Part shown: positions 35,871-49,400 of the stretch, one piece after another
How the letters are laid out: each line of letters opens with the position of its first letter
Position numbering within the stretch: the first letter of the stretch is position 1
Assembly (NCBI GenBank): GCA_965207375.1
Contig: CBDBMG010000002.1
Coordinates: 64,001-128,000 of the forward strand
Direction of reading: 5' to 3'
DNA length: 64,000 nucleotides
Source: Nitrosopumilaceae archaeon
GTDB taxonomy: Archaea; Thermoproteota; Nitrososphaeria; Nitrososphaerales; Nitrosopumilaceae
The notes under the pieces: generated by a model
Told to the model about the DNA's origin: nothing
The model's database searches: none
What the model saw: only the letters and a program-made list of their open reading frames with translations
Made by a program: the position numbers and the translations under genes

Positions 35871-36904
35871 ATAACCAGATAGTCTCATTAATCTGAATGC
35901 TTAGGTACATATGTGCATTGATTTTGATACATGCATGAGGATTGCAACAGAAACAGAATTATCATCATCGTTAATACTGTTTATTGTATATTGCGAGGGC
36001 GGATCAAAGCATTCAACAGTTCTATATATAACTACCATAATGTGTCAAGTAGGTAGTTATGGAACTGTGGTGAGGTATAGTTATAGAATGCTAGAACAGT
36101 AGCACTATTGACACAGTTTTTTCAAAGGATATTGTAGATAAAATTTTCCTTTATTGACTACAATCAAAGAACTGTATTTTGTTGACACTTTAGTAAGTAT
36201 AAAATACAATAAAACACTTAAAGCATAATATATTTATGCTTTAAAGCATTGCCACTTTGTTTATATAAAATATACATCTATTGATGAGAGTCTCGTGACA
36301 AATATAGCACTCTGGCCATTCACCTGGTGCTATATTTGCCACTCGACTCTCACCTCGAGCTGTACATTTCATACAAACTGGTGGCAGTGTTTTAAGTAAT
36401 ACTGAAAGTCCTTTCTAGGGTAATAGGCCACTCCTCTAAGTGTGGTGCCTGGCCAGATTTGTGAAAACAAGCAGAGTTCATACGTACAAAATTTTCAACT
36501 TTCAAAATTCCTGTTGCAAATATTATATAGCCATGATGTGTAAACTATGCTATCACAGTTTCAATGGCTTTGGGTGAACATGTTGTACAGGAACAGGCTG
36601 TACCCTTTGGCGGTGAATCGCCGGAATGCACCTGGCCGACTCTAGTCTGCGTGCCACACTGCCGAAGTGCCATCATTTATGAATAAAGATGTGATCCTTG
36701 CAGTTGCAGTTATATCTGTACTTATAATGCCAGTTACCAGGTCTCAAGGTCTCAGTAGCTGGTGACTCGCCAAAATCCGCCCAGGTTAACCGACCATTAT
36801 ATGCATAATTCCATGAGTCTCCCGAGTACTACGTATAATTCACCATGATGTCCTGAGTGATAAGAATCTGTAAGAATCTGGTAGTCTACACAGTCTATAT
36901 ACTG

Positions 36905-37072
36905 GATCTGGATTTCATTTACTATGTCTATAATTCACGAGATAATTCATCGTGATTTAAAAATCATGTAGAAATACTTGTCATATATTAGTCATATAGG
37001 ATCAGGATATTACTGTATAAAAATAGTAATATGACCCAGTATATATCCCGTATACGGTATGCGAAGCGGGTG
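36905..37072 (-). repeat. Right TIR (168 bp, intact)
   Basis: gatctggatttcatttac...atatcccgtatacggtatgcgaagcgggtg; reverse complement of the reassembled left TIR. Confidence 0.93.
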
Positions 37073-38029
37073 GCATAATGGCAACTTTGTCACAAAATTT
37101 TAATATGGTGTATAGCTATATGTTGACGATGCATGATACACACAAGTCAACTTGCCACGCTCACAACACACCCGAAAACGCACACACACTTCCCACAGAC
37201 AAACTCCCACAGAAAAACTCGCACAGACAAACGCCAAGGAAGTTAGTTGGCACGCGTGTAACCAAACCGCGGAAGAACGCGCCAAAATGAGAAATCCATT
37301 CTGTTTATCGTGAAGTGTCTACTTGTGTTTTAGACCTGATATACGCAGATGCAGGCGTCAGTGGAAATATTCAAGTTTTGTACCTTGGGAATCAATCACA
37401 ATGGCGACTGTATTTCAACTTGAAAGGCCGAAGCAATCCGCTCGATATGAAACGATTTCGACACTGAATGTATACGGCTCGATACAGTTAATGAGTTAAA
37501 TGAATTATACATGTTTGTGTGTAAAAATGCAGCTGGGTGTGTAGTGTGTCAAATTTGAGGACATTTAAAGTGTGTTATTTTTAGCATTGCATCATTGCTA
37601 CCTACAATCAACTGCTGAACTTCAGAAAACTGAGATCTTCTACGTAAATGGGGCTATAGAAGTCACCGGGTACTACTGTGAGTTGCTAAATTTAATTAAC
37701 ACTACAGTGTAGCTATGTAGCTATAATTATAGCTAGCTATATTCAAGGCTATATTTTGGCCCAGGTTTATCCGGTCACTAGCTTCTATTCCCCACCATTT
37801 AGAGCATGTCATTACGTGAATAAAGCACATACTCGCCCCAAAATATATATATTCAGGAGTAGCTAGATACTGTATTTCAGCTAACTATTTCTACGGGGGA
37901 AATCCATACTCCGTGATTTTACTACATAAAACCTTGTGAAACTTCATACACTGGCAATTTATCCTATATAAATTCTATGGCTGATTCTAACTGTAAGATT
38001 TTGTACAATGTTATTGTATTAGTATGTAT

Positions 38030-38178
<149 letters not shown>

Positions 38179-38182
38179 TGTG

Positions 38183-38336
38183 AGGTAGCAGTACCCTGTG
38201 GTTAGAGTGTCTGCTTGCTGATTGAGAGGTCACAAGTTCGACCCAGCTGCTGCTGTTGTTTCTTTGAGCAAGGAAATTATTTACATTGCTCCAGTTCACC
38301 CAGCTGTATTAATGGGGATTATAAATAAATAAATAA
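38183..38336 (+). mobile_element. Degenerate tRNA-derived SINE
   Basis: A-box-like tggttagagtg (~38199), B-box-like agttcgacc (~38235), core ctttgagcaag...cacccagctgta, (TAAA)n tail. Confidence 0.6.
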
Positions 38337-38734
38337 TGCTAGCTATAATGTGCACACATCTTAATGCTTTGTGCCGGTTGTGTAACTATGTATGTGCAAC
38401 ATCCATGTCACATCTTAAGAAGCAACAAAAGTACATATACGTAGCATATAGTTCTACACACACACACACACACACGCACACACACGCACACACACACACA
38501 CACAGCTACCACATATATACACATGGATTAATTTTATGTTTATAAACTGTTGTTTGCAAGCCATAATAAATATAGGATTTGTAGGTAATGCAAAGCTATA
38601 CACAACTAATTAGTAATAAATACATAGCTAGCTAGCTAATGAAAACATCTATAATTATAGATAGCTGTAACTATTCCTACAGTGATACATACGTAGCTAA
38701 AGCTATACATATAAATTTAATAATTTAACCACAG

Positions 38735-39621
38735 CAGGGCCGGAGCAATCGGTCAGGCCAGTCAGGCAAATGCCTGACCACTTTTCAGAAGCTATCCCAC
38801 AATCAAAAAGTTTAAGTTAATATTCTAACTCTAATCACCTTTGTGAAACTTCTTGTAATCTCAACCAGTAACTGAAGAAAGTTTTCATGTCTTCACGCAA
38901 ATGAACCAAATCACGTGATTTCCATTGATCATAATAATACTTTTGTGCGCTTAAGCAATAGTGATGCGCCGATTTTGCCAGCATAATATATACCAAAAGG
39001 ATAATAAGGTTAATGTTAATGCACTAAAACAATAGCCTAGTTTCTTAGGGTGAAATAATAGTTCACTTTAGTAATGAGATATTAAACCCACAATCAAAAC
39101 TTTACGTATCCTCGACGATGGTTTGTTATGCCGGTAAGAATGGCGTTTTTAGAACGATCAATTTGAGTTATTTACCTACCTTGGGAGAGCAGCCTAACCA
39201 GCCTAAGAGTTTTTAGTTTCCGAAAAGGAGCTTTGGGATAGATGTGTAAATGAGTCTATTTCATTAAATTCCCACAGATCTGACAAAATTGCTAAGTTTC
39301 AGTTACTGTGACTATGCATGTGTGTAATTATACAATTATAGCTATAGCTAATAATGTACCCTACTTATGTATTTTGCTTGTATGCACTATAACTTGTGAA
39401 ATTTAATATAAAAATTAGACAATAATATGTAGGCATGTTTGGAAGGTGAAAATGCCCTCAGATTCAATCTCAGGAGTGCACATTTTAAAAATTTTCTGGG
39501 GGGCATGCCCCAGACCCCCCTAGTTTTGGCATGCTTCGCATGCATGTGTGCTTTGCACACAATGAGCGTATTTCTCCATTGAAAATGCCTGACCACTTAT
39601 GTAAAGGCTGCTCCAGCCCTG
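38735..39621. mobile_element. hAT-like non-autonomous element with apparent 5-bp TSD
   Basis: cagggccggagca / tgctccagccctg termini; cacag on both flanks. Confidence 0.75.
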
Positions 39622-42371
39622 CACAGTACACTAAGGTGAACTTATAATTATTTCATCTATATGTACATAAATAGCTACTGACGGTGCAAACTTTTGTCAG
39701 GAGAAATATTGATGATTTGAGAAATTCTTTGCTATTCGTACCATCCAAAGTTTTTTTACCAATAGCTGTTTGCATGTAAGGCTGATAGCTACAATTCGTC
39801 AAAACTTGAAAATTTTCCTTGCCCCCAATTCATCAAAAGTTTCATGCCACATCGTGTGTATTGTACATGACAAAGATAAAGCTATGGAAGCTCCATTGGG
39901 ACAATGGAGTATTCTGATACTTTCCACAATTTTTTAATAATAAATTAAATAAAGCATAGCTATAATGTGTAGCTAGTCCAAAGAATAGCCGTCTCATTGC
40001 ACGGTGAACTTCTGTGCACCCATGTATATTGCAGACTATTTATACCAGATTAGTATGTCCATACTAATTATATAAGTGGTGTGATGCCAATCTGTCCAGT
40101 CTGTAGCAGATGGTATATATCTATATAGCTACCATTTTGATAATTTATTGATAGTTATACATCAAACAGATTTACATATTTAATGGGTGGAACTTGAAAG
40201 CACTATTCCCGACTAATCATCAGAAAGTGTACATGTATTTTTTCTGAGAGTATAAGTAATGAATACATTTCAGCTATGTAAGCAGTGAAAGTATATTAGC
40301 TACATACGTATAGTTGTATAATATACGTAGCTAGGTAGCTACATATGTATAGCACTGATCTTGGTACAACATATATAATTACATCTATAGTCAGTGAATC
40401 CATGAAATCTCATGAAGGTTTATTATAAACAACAATCAACATACGTAGCTAGCTATTTGCTTAATCAATTACCATGTCTGGGTTAAGGTTCATGCTTGTT
40501 TTAGCAACCCTGACAACTAGCTACCGATGCAGTTGTTTAGCTGTACAGCTACATATCTTGAGTGATAGTGAGAATTTTGTTATGCTTACTATGACAATAA
40601 TTATTAGCACTGGCTATAAACTATATAGCTACATACGTACATATCTAATACATGTGCACATCTTTAGCATTACGTAGCTAGCTATATACGTATGTGGAAC
40701 TTTTGAATTCATCAGATTTTCGCTGTTTATTGAGTGAAATTTAACCACTGTATATACACACTTGCTATTACATACCTATGAAAGTGCAAATATGCATAGC
40801 AAAGGTATGTTTAACTGTATATTGTAATCTAGTCCTAAGGTTATAGCTATATGTATGACCATTTTCATAATAATTACATACGTACGTATGTAGCTAGCTA
40901 GCTGCAGAATTCACTGCTGAAGTTGGTTTTAACTGAGACTGAAGGTTTCCTGTGGGACTCTTTAGCAAATTTTAAAATTTTTGCACAGAGAATTTTAACT
41001 GAGATCAACAGTTTCTTGTGGGACCAGCTAGCAGCGGTGCAATTATGTAGCTATGTAGCTACGTATAAATTACCCACTATAGTAACTTGTGTAACTCGGT
41101 TTTAACTGAGATAAGTATAATCTCTTGTGGGACCACTTTTCACAAGTACACAGAAATTAGTGGTAGCTACGTATGTATATATATGCATTTATGACGGAGA
41201 CAATCGAGGACATGCTAAATTCCATTTTAGAGCAATACTTTCCTAATGGCAATGCACAATGCAGATCCCTTTCACCAAGTTGCTAGCTATATATATAGCT
41301 ACGTACGTAGCTTAATTGACAACTATTACATAGCTGTCTACTTTACTCACTCTCGGCCAGTTTAGCTATTTGTCAGTGCTCCAGCCAGAGAAAAAGACTA
41401 AAATGTGACTCTATCAACATTAGTGTAGCTACGTAAGCTATTGCATGCATAACACAAGTTACTATAGCTATAGCTAGACACAGTTGCATACTAAAATGGA
41501 GACCTTGTGGTGAAAGGGCAAGTAGCTATGCAAGATAATTAATAATCATCCTAACCACATCAAAAAATGATTACCACCATAGTTAGCAACTTTCTCACCA
41601 CCAAAATGTAAGTAGCAGGATATATAACTGATAAGCTTAAGAATCATGATTATAGTCAGCAGACCCATGAAACTCCTATGAAATTTGTAGAATGCATTGA
41701 AGAAAAATTCATGGTATCTCCCAAAACCATGAAATTTAAATTCATGTGATTTTCATAGCTGAAGAACCCATGAAATTTTTGTACAAATTTCATGGGTATA
41801 TCATTGTATCCATGAACTACTCATGAAATAAAATCTTCATGGTATGAGTCATGGTATCATTTGACGTTTCATGGCATTATAATAGATATTTCATTACTCA
41901 AGTTGCTGGTAGTGAATGCAACATTCATGTTTATGCTTCACTACATGATGGAGTGTGTTGGTAATTTTTGTCCCTTACATGAGAAGCCAAAAAAGTAAAT
42001 GTATAATTGTTGGCTATACATACAGCTTTAGTATACTAATAGTGAACATCTGTATAGTAAACCTTGTAATAAACATTCGTTGAAGCTTTGGAGGTTGCAG
42101 ACAGCCTTCGAAGGTTATAGTAAATTGACAATCTGCCAGTTAGTTATATGTATGATGATCATAGCATGTGATTCACATAGTAAGCCATACTATTGCAGTT
42201 GAACTCTGCTCAATGCATACACTATGTGTTGGCATGCAGGTAAAACAGATTCCCATTCATAATTAACTTAGCAATGGTAAGTTATCATAAGTGGGATGAA
42301 AGGAAGCACTGATAATGCAAACAAAGTGACATAAGACAGGAAGAGCTCAACACTAATGAATAACAAAACTG

Positions 42372-42379
42372 TATAAATA
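42372..42379 (+). promoter_or_regulatory. Putative TATA box of the fibrinogen-domain gene
   Basis: tataaata ~85 bp upstream of ATG 42458; position plausible but motif is common in AT-rich DNA. Confidence 0.4.
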
Positions 42380-42457
42380 GCCATCGCTGAATCAAATGCA
42401 ACAAGCAATTTCAATATCATCACTGAAGAAACATAGCTATCTTAAACAGTGGCAACT

Positions 42458-43216
42458 ATGAAGATTATCATATACACTGCCACATTAATGCTGTTTTCAC
42501 TACTGGCCAATTCTGAAGATTTCTGTACTACGTACATCAACCAGTACAACCGGTTCAGAACTGAATGTAACCTGCAGACACATAACATCAACATCAGCAC
42601 CTGTTGTGACTTGAGAGTGTTCCAGTTCAGAGAGATAACATCGATATCTGGTGTATACACTATAAGAAGAGGATCATTTGATACTGCAAGCGCCTACTGT
42701 GACATGAACACCACTGATGGAGGATGGATTGTCATACAAAGAAATAGAATGGGAAGCAGTCTTGACTTCAATAGGACCTATTCAGAATATGAAGAAGGCT
42801 TTGGGGATCTTACTGGTGACTTTTGGTATGGACTAGAAGGAATAGAATGTTTGACACAGAGGGGTACTTGGGAGATGAGAATAGATTTTGAATTTATGAA
42901 CCGCACTAGGTCATACCATCACTACAACTCTTTTATTGTACAGAATGGTCATCTAAGCTAAAGACTGTTGATCACTGGGTATCAAGGGATCGGTGAAGAT
43001 TTTCTAAGGCGATATTCCCTTAGGCAATTCAGTACTCCTGATCATGATGTTGATGGAAACAGATCATTGAACTGTGCAGCACTGGCAGGAAGTGGATTTT
43101 GGCATGGTGGTACTCAGTGCGGTTTAGTTAACCTCAATGCCCAATCACCTCTTGTGGGGGGAGTAGATGTACGATTTGTGGAGATGAAAATCCGTCAACT
43201 AAATTGTGACATATAA
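42458..43216 (+). pseudogene. Intronless secreted fibrinogen-related domain (FReD) protein with one in-frame stop
   Basis: Signal-peptide-like MKIIIYTATLMLFSLLANS; SGVYTI, YCDMNTTDGGWIVIQR, DFNRTYSEYEEGFGDLTGDFWYGLE, FSTPDHDVD, NCA...GFWH, EMKIR; the two ORFs are in the same frame, separated by TAA at 42959-42961 (S*RL where SYRL is expected); aataaa at ~43342. Confidence 0.9.
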
Positions 43217-43720
43217 CTAATAACTGTACATAACTATTCTACATAGACATACACAACAGTTTTGTACAAATTAGGCAGTAGCTACACCTGTATACTAACT
43301 AGCTATATTTCTATGTTTAGTTACGTAGCTATATAGCTACATAATAAACAAAGCAATTAAAGGTGTTACCATATAGCGTAAGTCACTGAAGGTTGCGCAG
43401 TTTTTGCATTGCCCTCTATTATGTAACCATGTGCGTGTATTTTGGGGCCCACGTGATAAAGTGATCTTTGTGTTACCCAGTGATAGAATCACATGTTAAT
43501 AGATTAAGCAATCAAACTAAGGGAGTTTTAAAAGTGTGTAATTTACCGAAAGTTGCACGGTAGCACATTAAGTTGTGCACCTGTACATTTTCTATAGGAA
43601 TTTTTACACGCGGTAATTTATGCCTGTTTGAAAGCTTCATACCATTTTCAGTGCCTTATACTAGAAAATAGAACTGATCGATCCAATAGGTGGTCCTGCC
43701 AGGTTAGTAAGGACATGTCC

Positions 43721-44143
43721 ATGCTAAACAAAAACACCTTGGGTGTAAAAAAAGTGCGAGGCCAATCAGAAGCCACAATGGTTATATAAGCGACCAAAAA
43801 CTCTGATATCAAGTAAGGCCAAGAAGTTAAACATTTTATTAAGAATTCTTTCACTTGAATGACATACAATAATTTACAGGGCACTTTCACAACTATGATT
43901 GGCTTTGTCACTTGGCCACCTTTTTGTACCATCATCTTTTATAAGGTGGCCAAGTGACAAAGCCAATCATAGTTGTGAAAGTGCCCTGTAAACTATTGTA
44001 TGTCATTCAAGTGAAAGAATTCTTAATAAAATGTTCAACTTCTTGGCCTTACTTGATATCAGAGTTTTTGGTCGCTTATATAACCATAGTGGCTTCTGAT
44101 TGGCCTCGCACTTTTTTACACCCAAGGTGTTTTTGTTTAGCAT
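43721..44143. mobile_element. Foldback MITE, full copy (cf. 1-368)
   Basis: ~200-bp arms atgctaaacaaaaacaccttgggtg... / ...cacccaaggtgtttttgtttagcat with ~25-bp spacer. Confidence 0.88.
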
Positions 44144-45961
44144 ATCACTTCTTTTTGTTAGAGAAGAAAATATTATGAAGAAGTTGTTGGAGAAGTTGCT
44201 AAAAATTAGCATTCTTACTACAACATGATAGTACTCAGCTTGCTACATGTACGTAAATAACTCACTTGTTCGTCGCGTACGGCCTGCTTCTTCTTGGCCT
44301 CGCGACTCACTATCGTGAGTCTTGATATATTTCCGCATAACAAAGTATACGCAATGTATTGAGTTGTGTACTGCACGACTTTCGATGAGTGACGCTACGT
44401 ATGTACGTACATAGCTACTAGCTATAATTACACAGCTCGATAATTTATTATGTTTGTTGGCCATAATGATAACAGTCCGCAAACAGTTCACAATTACGTA
44501 TAAGAGGAAATACTAGCTAGTACACAGTTTATTACATCCTTCTATACAAGTATGCAACTATATTACAAAGTTGTAGGAACTCTAGTGATTGGTATACAAT
44601 TCATTATATGGTAGTCTGCACTGGCAGCTACACACCTCCCCTATAGATAATGGGCATGGGTTAAGTATGTATTGTATGGGTAGTAGTGGAGTGTGTAAAT
44701 GATAATGAGGTGGAAGGAATGTTTACTGATGTTATAAAATCTGAATGCTTTTGAGCGAATTCTTACGATAATCACAGTATTCACGATAATATTGTGCTGC
44801 CCGATATTACGATACTGAAAATTTCTCTTCGATATCGATTATCGTGGCACTTTAATATCATGATAAACGATAATATCGTAATATTGCCCAACTCTACAAA
44901 GTTGCCATATAACTAGGTGAAATGCATAGCATTGTGGGGCGAGCCTGGTGCTATGATAGATGGCATATATACACTTACCACTGATGACCTTACATGCACA
45001 ATACATTGTACACTCTCAGTGTACAAGCAACAGTGCGGCTACATGAACAGGTCAATGGTATCTTAGAAACTTGTACTGATATATCATGAAAGCTGGGATA
45101 TACGTAACTAAACAGTAAAGCAATTACAGTGGTACATGTGTGTCAAGTAGCTCTGTACACTGAAATAATAGTACGTCACTTAAAATAGTTACTTTTTTAT
45201 AACATTACAACAAACTGCAATAAACAATAAGCACATGGTGGTAGCTACCAGAGTAAAATAGTGAGGTTTTCAACAAAGTGTAAAGGAAGATTTGTTTCTT
45301 ATAACTGAATAATATAATCATCTATATTGTATAGATGGCCAATATTTTAAATGTATCTGTCTAGCCATTGCAGTGCTATAGTACATTCCTAACAGGCCTA
45401 AAATCAAATGATCAGCTTACTATTGTTTCATACAAATACAACTATTTCCTTAATTAGAAAGTTTTATTCATACATTGTGGTGAGTAAGTTATGGTTAGCA
45501 CTTGAATGGTATAACCCATGTGGTTAGCACTTAATGGTGCATGCTATGGTTAGCACTTCACATGTTTGATGTAATGTTGGTTAGCACTCCATGTACTTGA
45601 TGTAGTGTTGGTTAGCACTTAAACAGTTTTTAGCCATATACGGTAAGGCATCAAGCAAGCAAGCAAGCAAGTAAGAAGACAGATTTCACTGTTGATCTCA
45701 CATGGTGGGGCTTGCTAAGGCTCGCCCCAATTAATTATAGCTATGTATATATAAGCACAAAACTCCTAGCTACATATCATATGCAATGCTCCATACACTT
45801 TAGAGAGTGCAGGTATTGTATCCCTTTAGATGTAGCTAATGACATAGGTATGTAGCTACATATACACTAGGGCTTATGATAATGGCCAGTCATCAGACAT
45901 TTTCCCACCAATTTTAGTGTTTGATTAACCATTTCAAATTTGACCAGACAATTTTACTATA

Positions 45962-46463
45962 CAGGGGTGGAGGAACAGGTCCGGCAGACCCGGCAGCTGC
46001 CGGACCAAAGTTAAACAGAAACCCACAATTCAAAATTTTTTGCTGTTAAACACACTGACAGTTTTAATAAACAATGAATCAACAAATGATACAACTTACT
46101 ATTTGTGTAAAACCATTGCTCTGTTAGAATAACAATGCTGAAAACAACTACTACAGCTGTTCTTCAAGCAACAATCTCGTACCAATTAGGCACCTCTAAA
46201 ATTAATTTTCGCTGGTGTTGAATAACAGAATATAGAGGTTTATTTGGATATATAATTTGTCTAACTGTCTAATTTAACTTGGTTTATGTATGTCATGTAG
46301 CTATATTTAGAGTAGTTGTAAACTGGCACCAGATTTAAACTCAGATTTCAGCAAGGATTTCAGGGCATGAATTTTCCTGGGAGGCATGCTCCAAGGCCAC
46401 CCAGGCTGACATTCCTATTTGTATTTTTGCCTGACCAATGGGGATTTGCTTCCTCCACCCCTG
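45962..46463. mobile_element. hAT-like non-autonomous element with apparent 5-bp TSD, nested in an older element (~45868-46546)
   Basis: caggggtggagga / tcctccacccctg termini; ctata at 45957-45961 and 46464-46468. Confidence 0.8.
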
Positions 46464-49400
46464 CTATACATTATCAATGGGAAAGTCAATAAATTTACAA
46501 TAGGAAAGCAAACGTCCGGACAGTTTTCAACCTTTGTCATAAGCACGTTATTCTCATGCATACACAACTTTAGTGGTTAATTTTGTCACTTGATCAGCAT
46601 TTATACATATACATATATGATTTACGTACCTATATAATCACTTTTATACAAAGAACAACAAATGCCAAATACGTATACATATGCATGCATATCTCTTATG
46701 TACCCCTACTGTATGAAAGGTTTATTTGAATGTCACTTTCCATGGCCTTGGCTGCATTGGCCTGTGGAGAACAAGTACGTACATATATAATAGAATACAG
46801 CTACACATGTATAGTCACAGTATTATGTGAATTGATAAGCTACGTAGCTACCTAAACCTACGTATATGGTTCTCTATATAAATGTACGAATTACATGTAT
46901 AAGTTATAACACAGGTAAGAGGGCCTTGCCTGATACGTATATATGCCTGAGGGGGTGCAGCGCCTGAGGGCAAGTGTGTAGCTATATATCAGGCAAAGTA
47001 TGAGTGTTATAACTACATAATGTTATACCTCCGGCACTCTAAATTAAAAAAAACCTTCCCAAATTTATCGCTGGTATCTCAGTCTCTTTATATAGTAATG
47101 GGTACTTGTTGTGATTGTGGGGCTCTATTTTATCGTTATCGTGACATTCTTGCATGGTAGTGGCGGTGATTGTGGGTTTACCACAACACATTGCTTGAGA
47201 TTTATAAAACTTATAATGGGCAAAACTTGCTTTTTGATGATAAAATAATGGTGAGTGAATAGACTAAAGTAGATTAATATACACACAGTTACACAGTAAA
47301 CAGATTGTTTTTGTCACATAAGCGACTCACTTCAAATGATGTTCTATGGTACGCGTATAAACTTGAATAGATAGCAGATACAAACTTTTAGAAACATTTT
47401 AGACTAAAATTAAACTTTAGTAGGCAAATGAAAATTAATAAATCAACTTGTAAAACTAAAACCCACAATTGATATTGTATTGGTGTGTGTATAAGGAGCG
47501 GTAGTTTCACCTTGTGCATCAAATATTTTAGGGAATTTGTGGAATGTTTTTGAGATATATGCACACTTACGTGTGCAATATTATGATATACGCACACATA
47601 TACACTGGTATTTCCCTTTAATCTTAGGTACGAAGGTGTTATATACACATGCACACCTGTACGTGCGTACATACACACAAGCTAGCCAATTACACCCATG
47701 ATTGTAAAGACCCTGACATAACCATAGGCATGGTTACATTAACTACATACTTAGCTACTGTAGCTAGCTATGTAGGTGCATTATGATACGTATCTATATA
47801 TACATATTGTAGTACGTATCTACAAGCAACTTACTCATCCAAATTCATAGTGATCTGAGTGCTGGTCTCTGAGGTGCTTCTAGGTCTTTTACCCATTTGT
47901 TGATCACCACCGGCTACATTAGGTCGTGCTGCATTCAGCTCAGTGTTTCGTATTAGTGTAGCCATTATTGGTGATGGTGGTACTATGGAACTGACATTGA
48001 AGGAAATAGTTTCAGCCAAACCTGCAATATAGCCTTATTATACATACGTATGTATATTGCATATGTGTATATGCAGCCAAAACAACTAAAGTTCTATATT
48101 CTTGTAAGCTATGCACATGCATGTATCTACGTATGTACATCAACTCATAATGCTTGCTATGTACTATATACACATAAGATAGTCATGAGATATGTAGCTA
48201 TACAATTATAGTACTAGTAACAATTCAAGCATTTGGCTACATACATACATACGTAAGTATGGATGCAAGGGCATAGATGGCGGAATTGGGGGAGGGTGGT
48301 GGGGGGCATGGCCTCTCCTAAATTTAAGATTCTCCATAGAATCAATTTTTGCAATAGAAAATCATTTGAGTTTAACTATGTACATACATAAGTGCCCCTC
48401 CCCTCCAACTTCACTAGCTTCTGTGTAAGGGGAAATTAAACTTGAAAGAGAATTGAAGTAACTAAATAAATTACATTGACCTTCTAGCTACATTGACTTT
48501 TAAAACTTTATAGAGTAGCAAAACCTAGGGCAGATTTGCTGCATGCCTCCTTGTATCTCTAAATGGAATATTCAAGTTTCAACTACACATGCACATTATA
48601 TGTTCATACGATTACCTCCAGGAGTACTGGCAATACGATCTGCTGATCTTGTTGGCATTACAAAAGTATCATCTTCAGTATTCTTCATTTCATCACTGAG
48701 GTCCTTGGGGGGAGGAAGGTCAGCAGGGTTCAGTTTGGATATGATAAGCCGAGGCTTCACCCTGTGAACCACCAAACACATTTCTACCAGCTATCATATT
48801 TACATATGTACGATGGTAATGTGTAGTTACATTATGTACGTAGGTACAAAAAACATCATGGTGACAATAAACAGTTCACAATTTCTACACGGCAAGATTC
48901 ATACATAGATACACTCATAGTACCATAGTCACTCAGCCATATGTATAACTGCACACATCAGCAATGCATACATAATCTATACATAATAGTTACGTAGCTA
49001 GCATTAAAATCAAGACTTATGATAATGAGTCACGAGGCCAAGAAGAAGCAGCAATAGATGGACTAGAGTGCACATAGCACCAAATTTGCAAACAATGTAG
49101 CTAAGCCATATCACTTAGTTATATACATAGAATCAATGAACTGATGATGGAAGATATTAGCATTAAGTACCACCAGCCATTGCAAGTTTTATGGCAATGT
49201 TTGTGAAACCATGCTCAATCTCTTATGCTTGCACACACTGCAGAACCTTCACAAGTCAATAATTATGGCTCATGGATTGCTGGGAGAAATACAAGGGAAA
49301 GCCTAAAAAGTTGTGTTGACTTGCTTCTCCCTTAATATATTCAAGTTTGTTTGTTGATACTTTAGCAAAAAATTATTAACCTGCTGGTTAGATAGGGATT

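Noticed and set aside
38183-38260. Possible tRNA gene
   Set aside because: No intact cloverleaf; followed by SINE-like core and tail.
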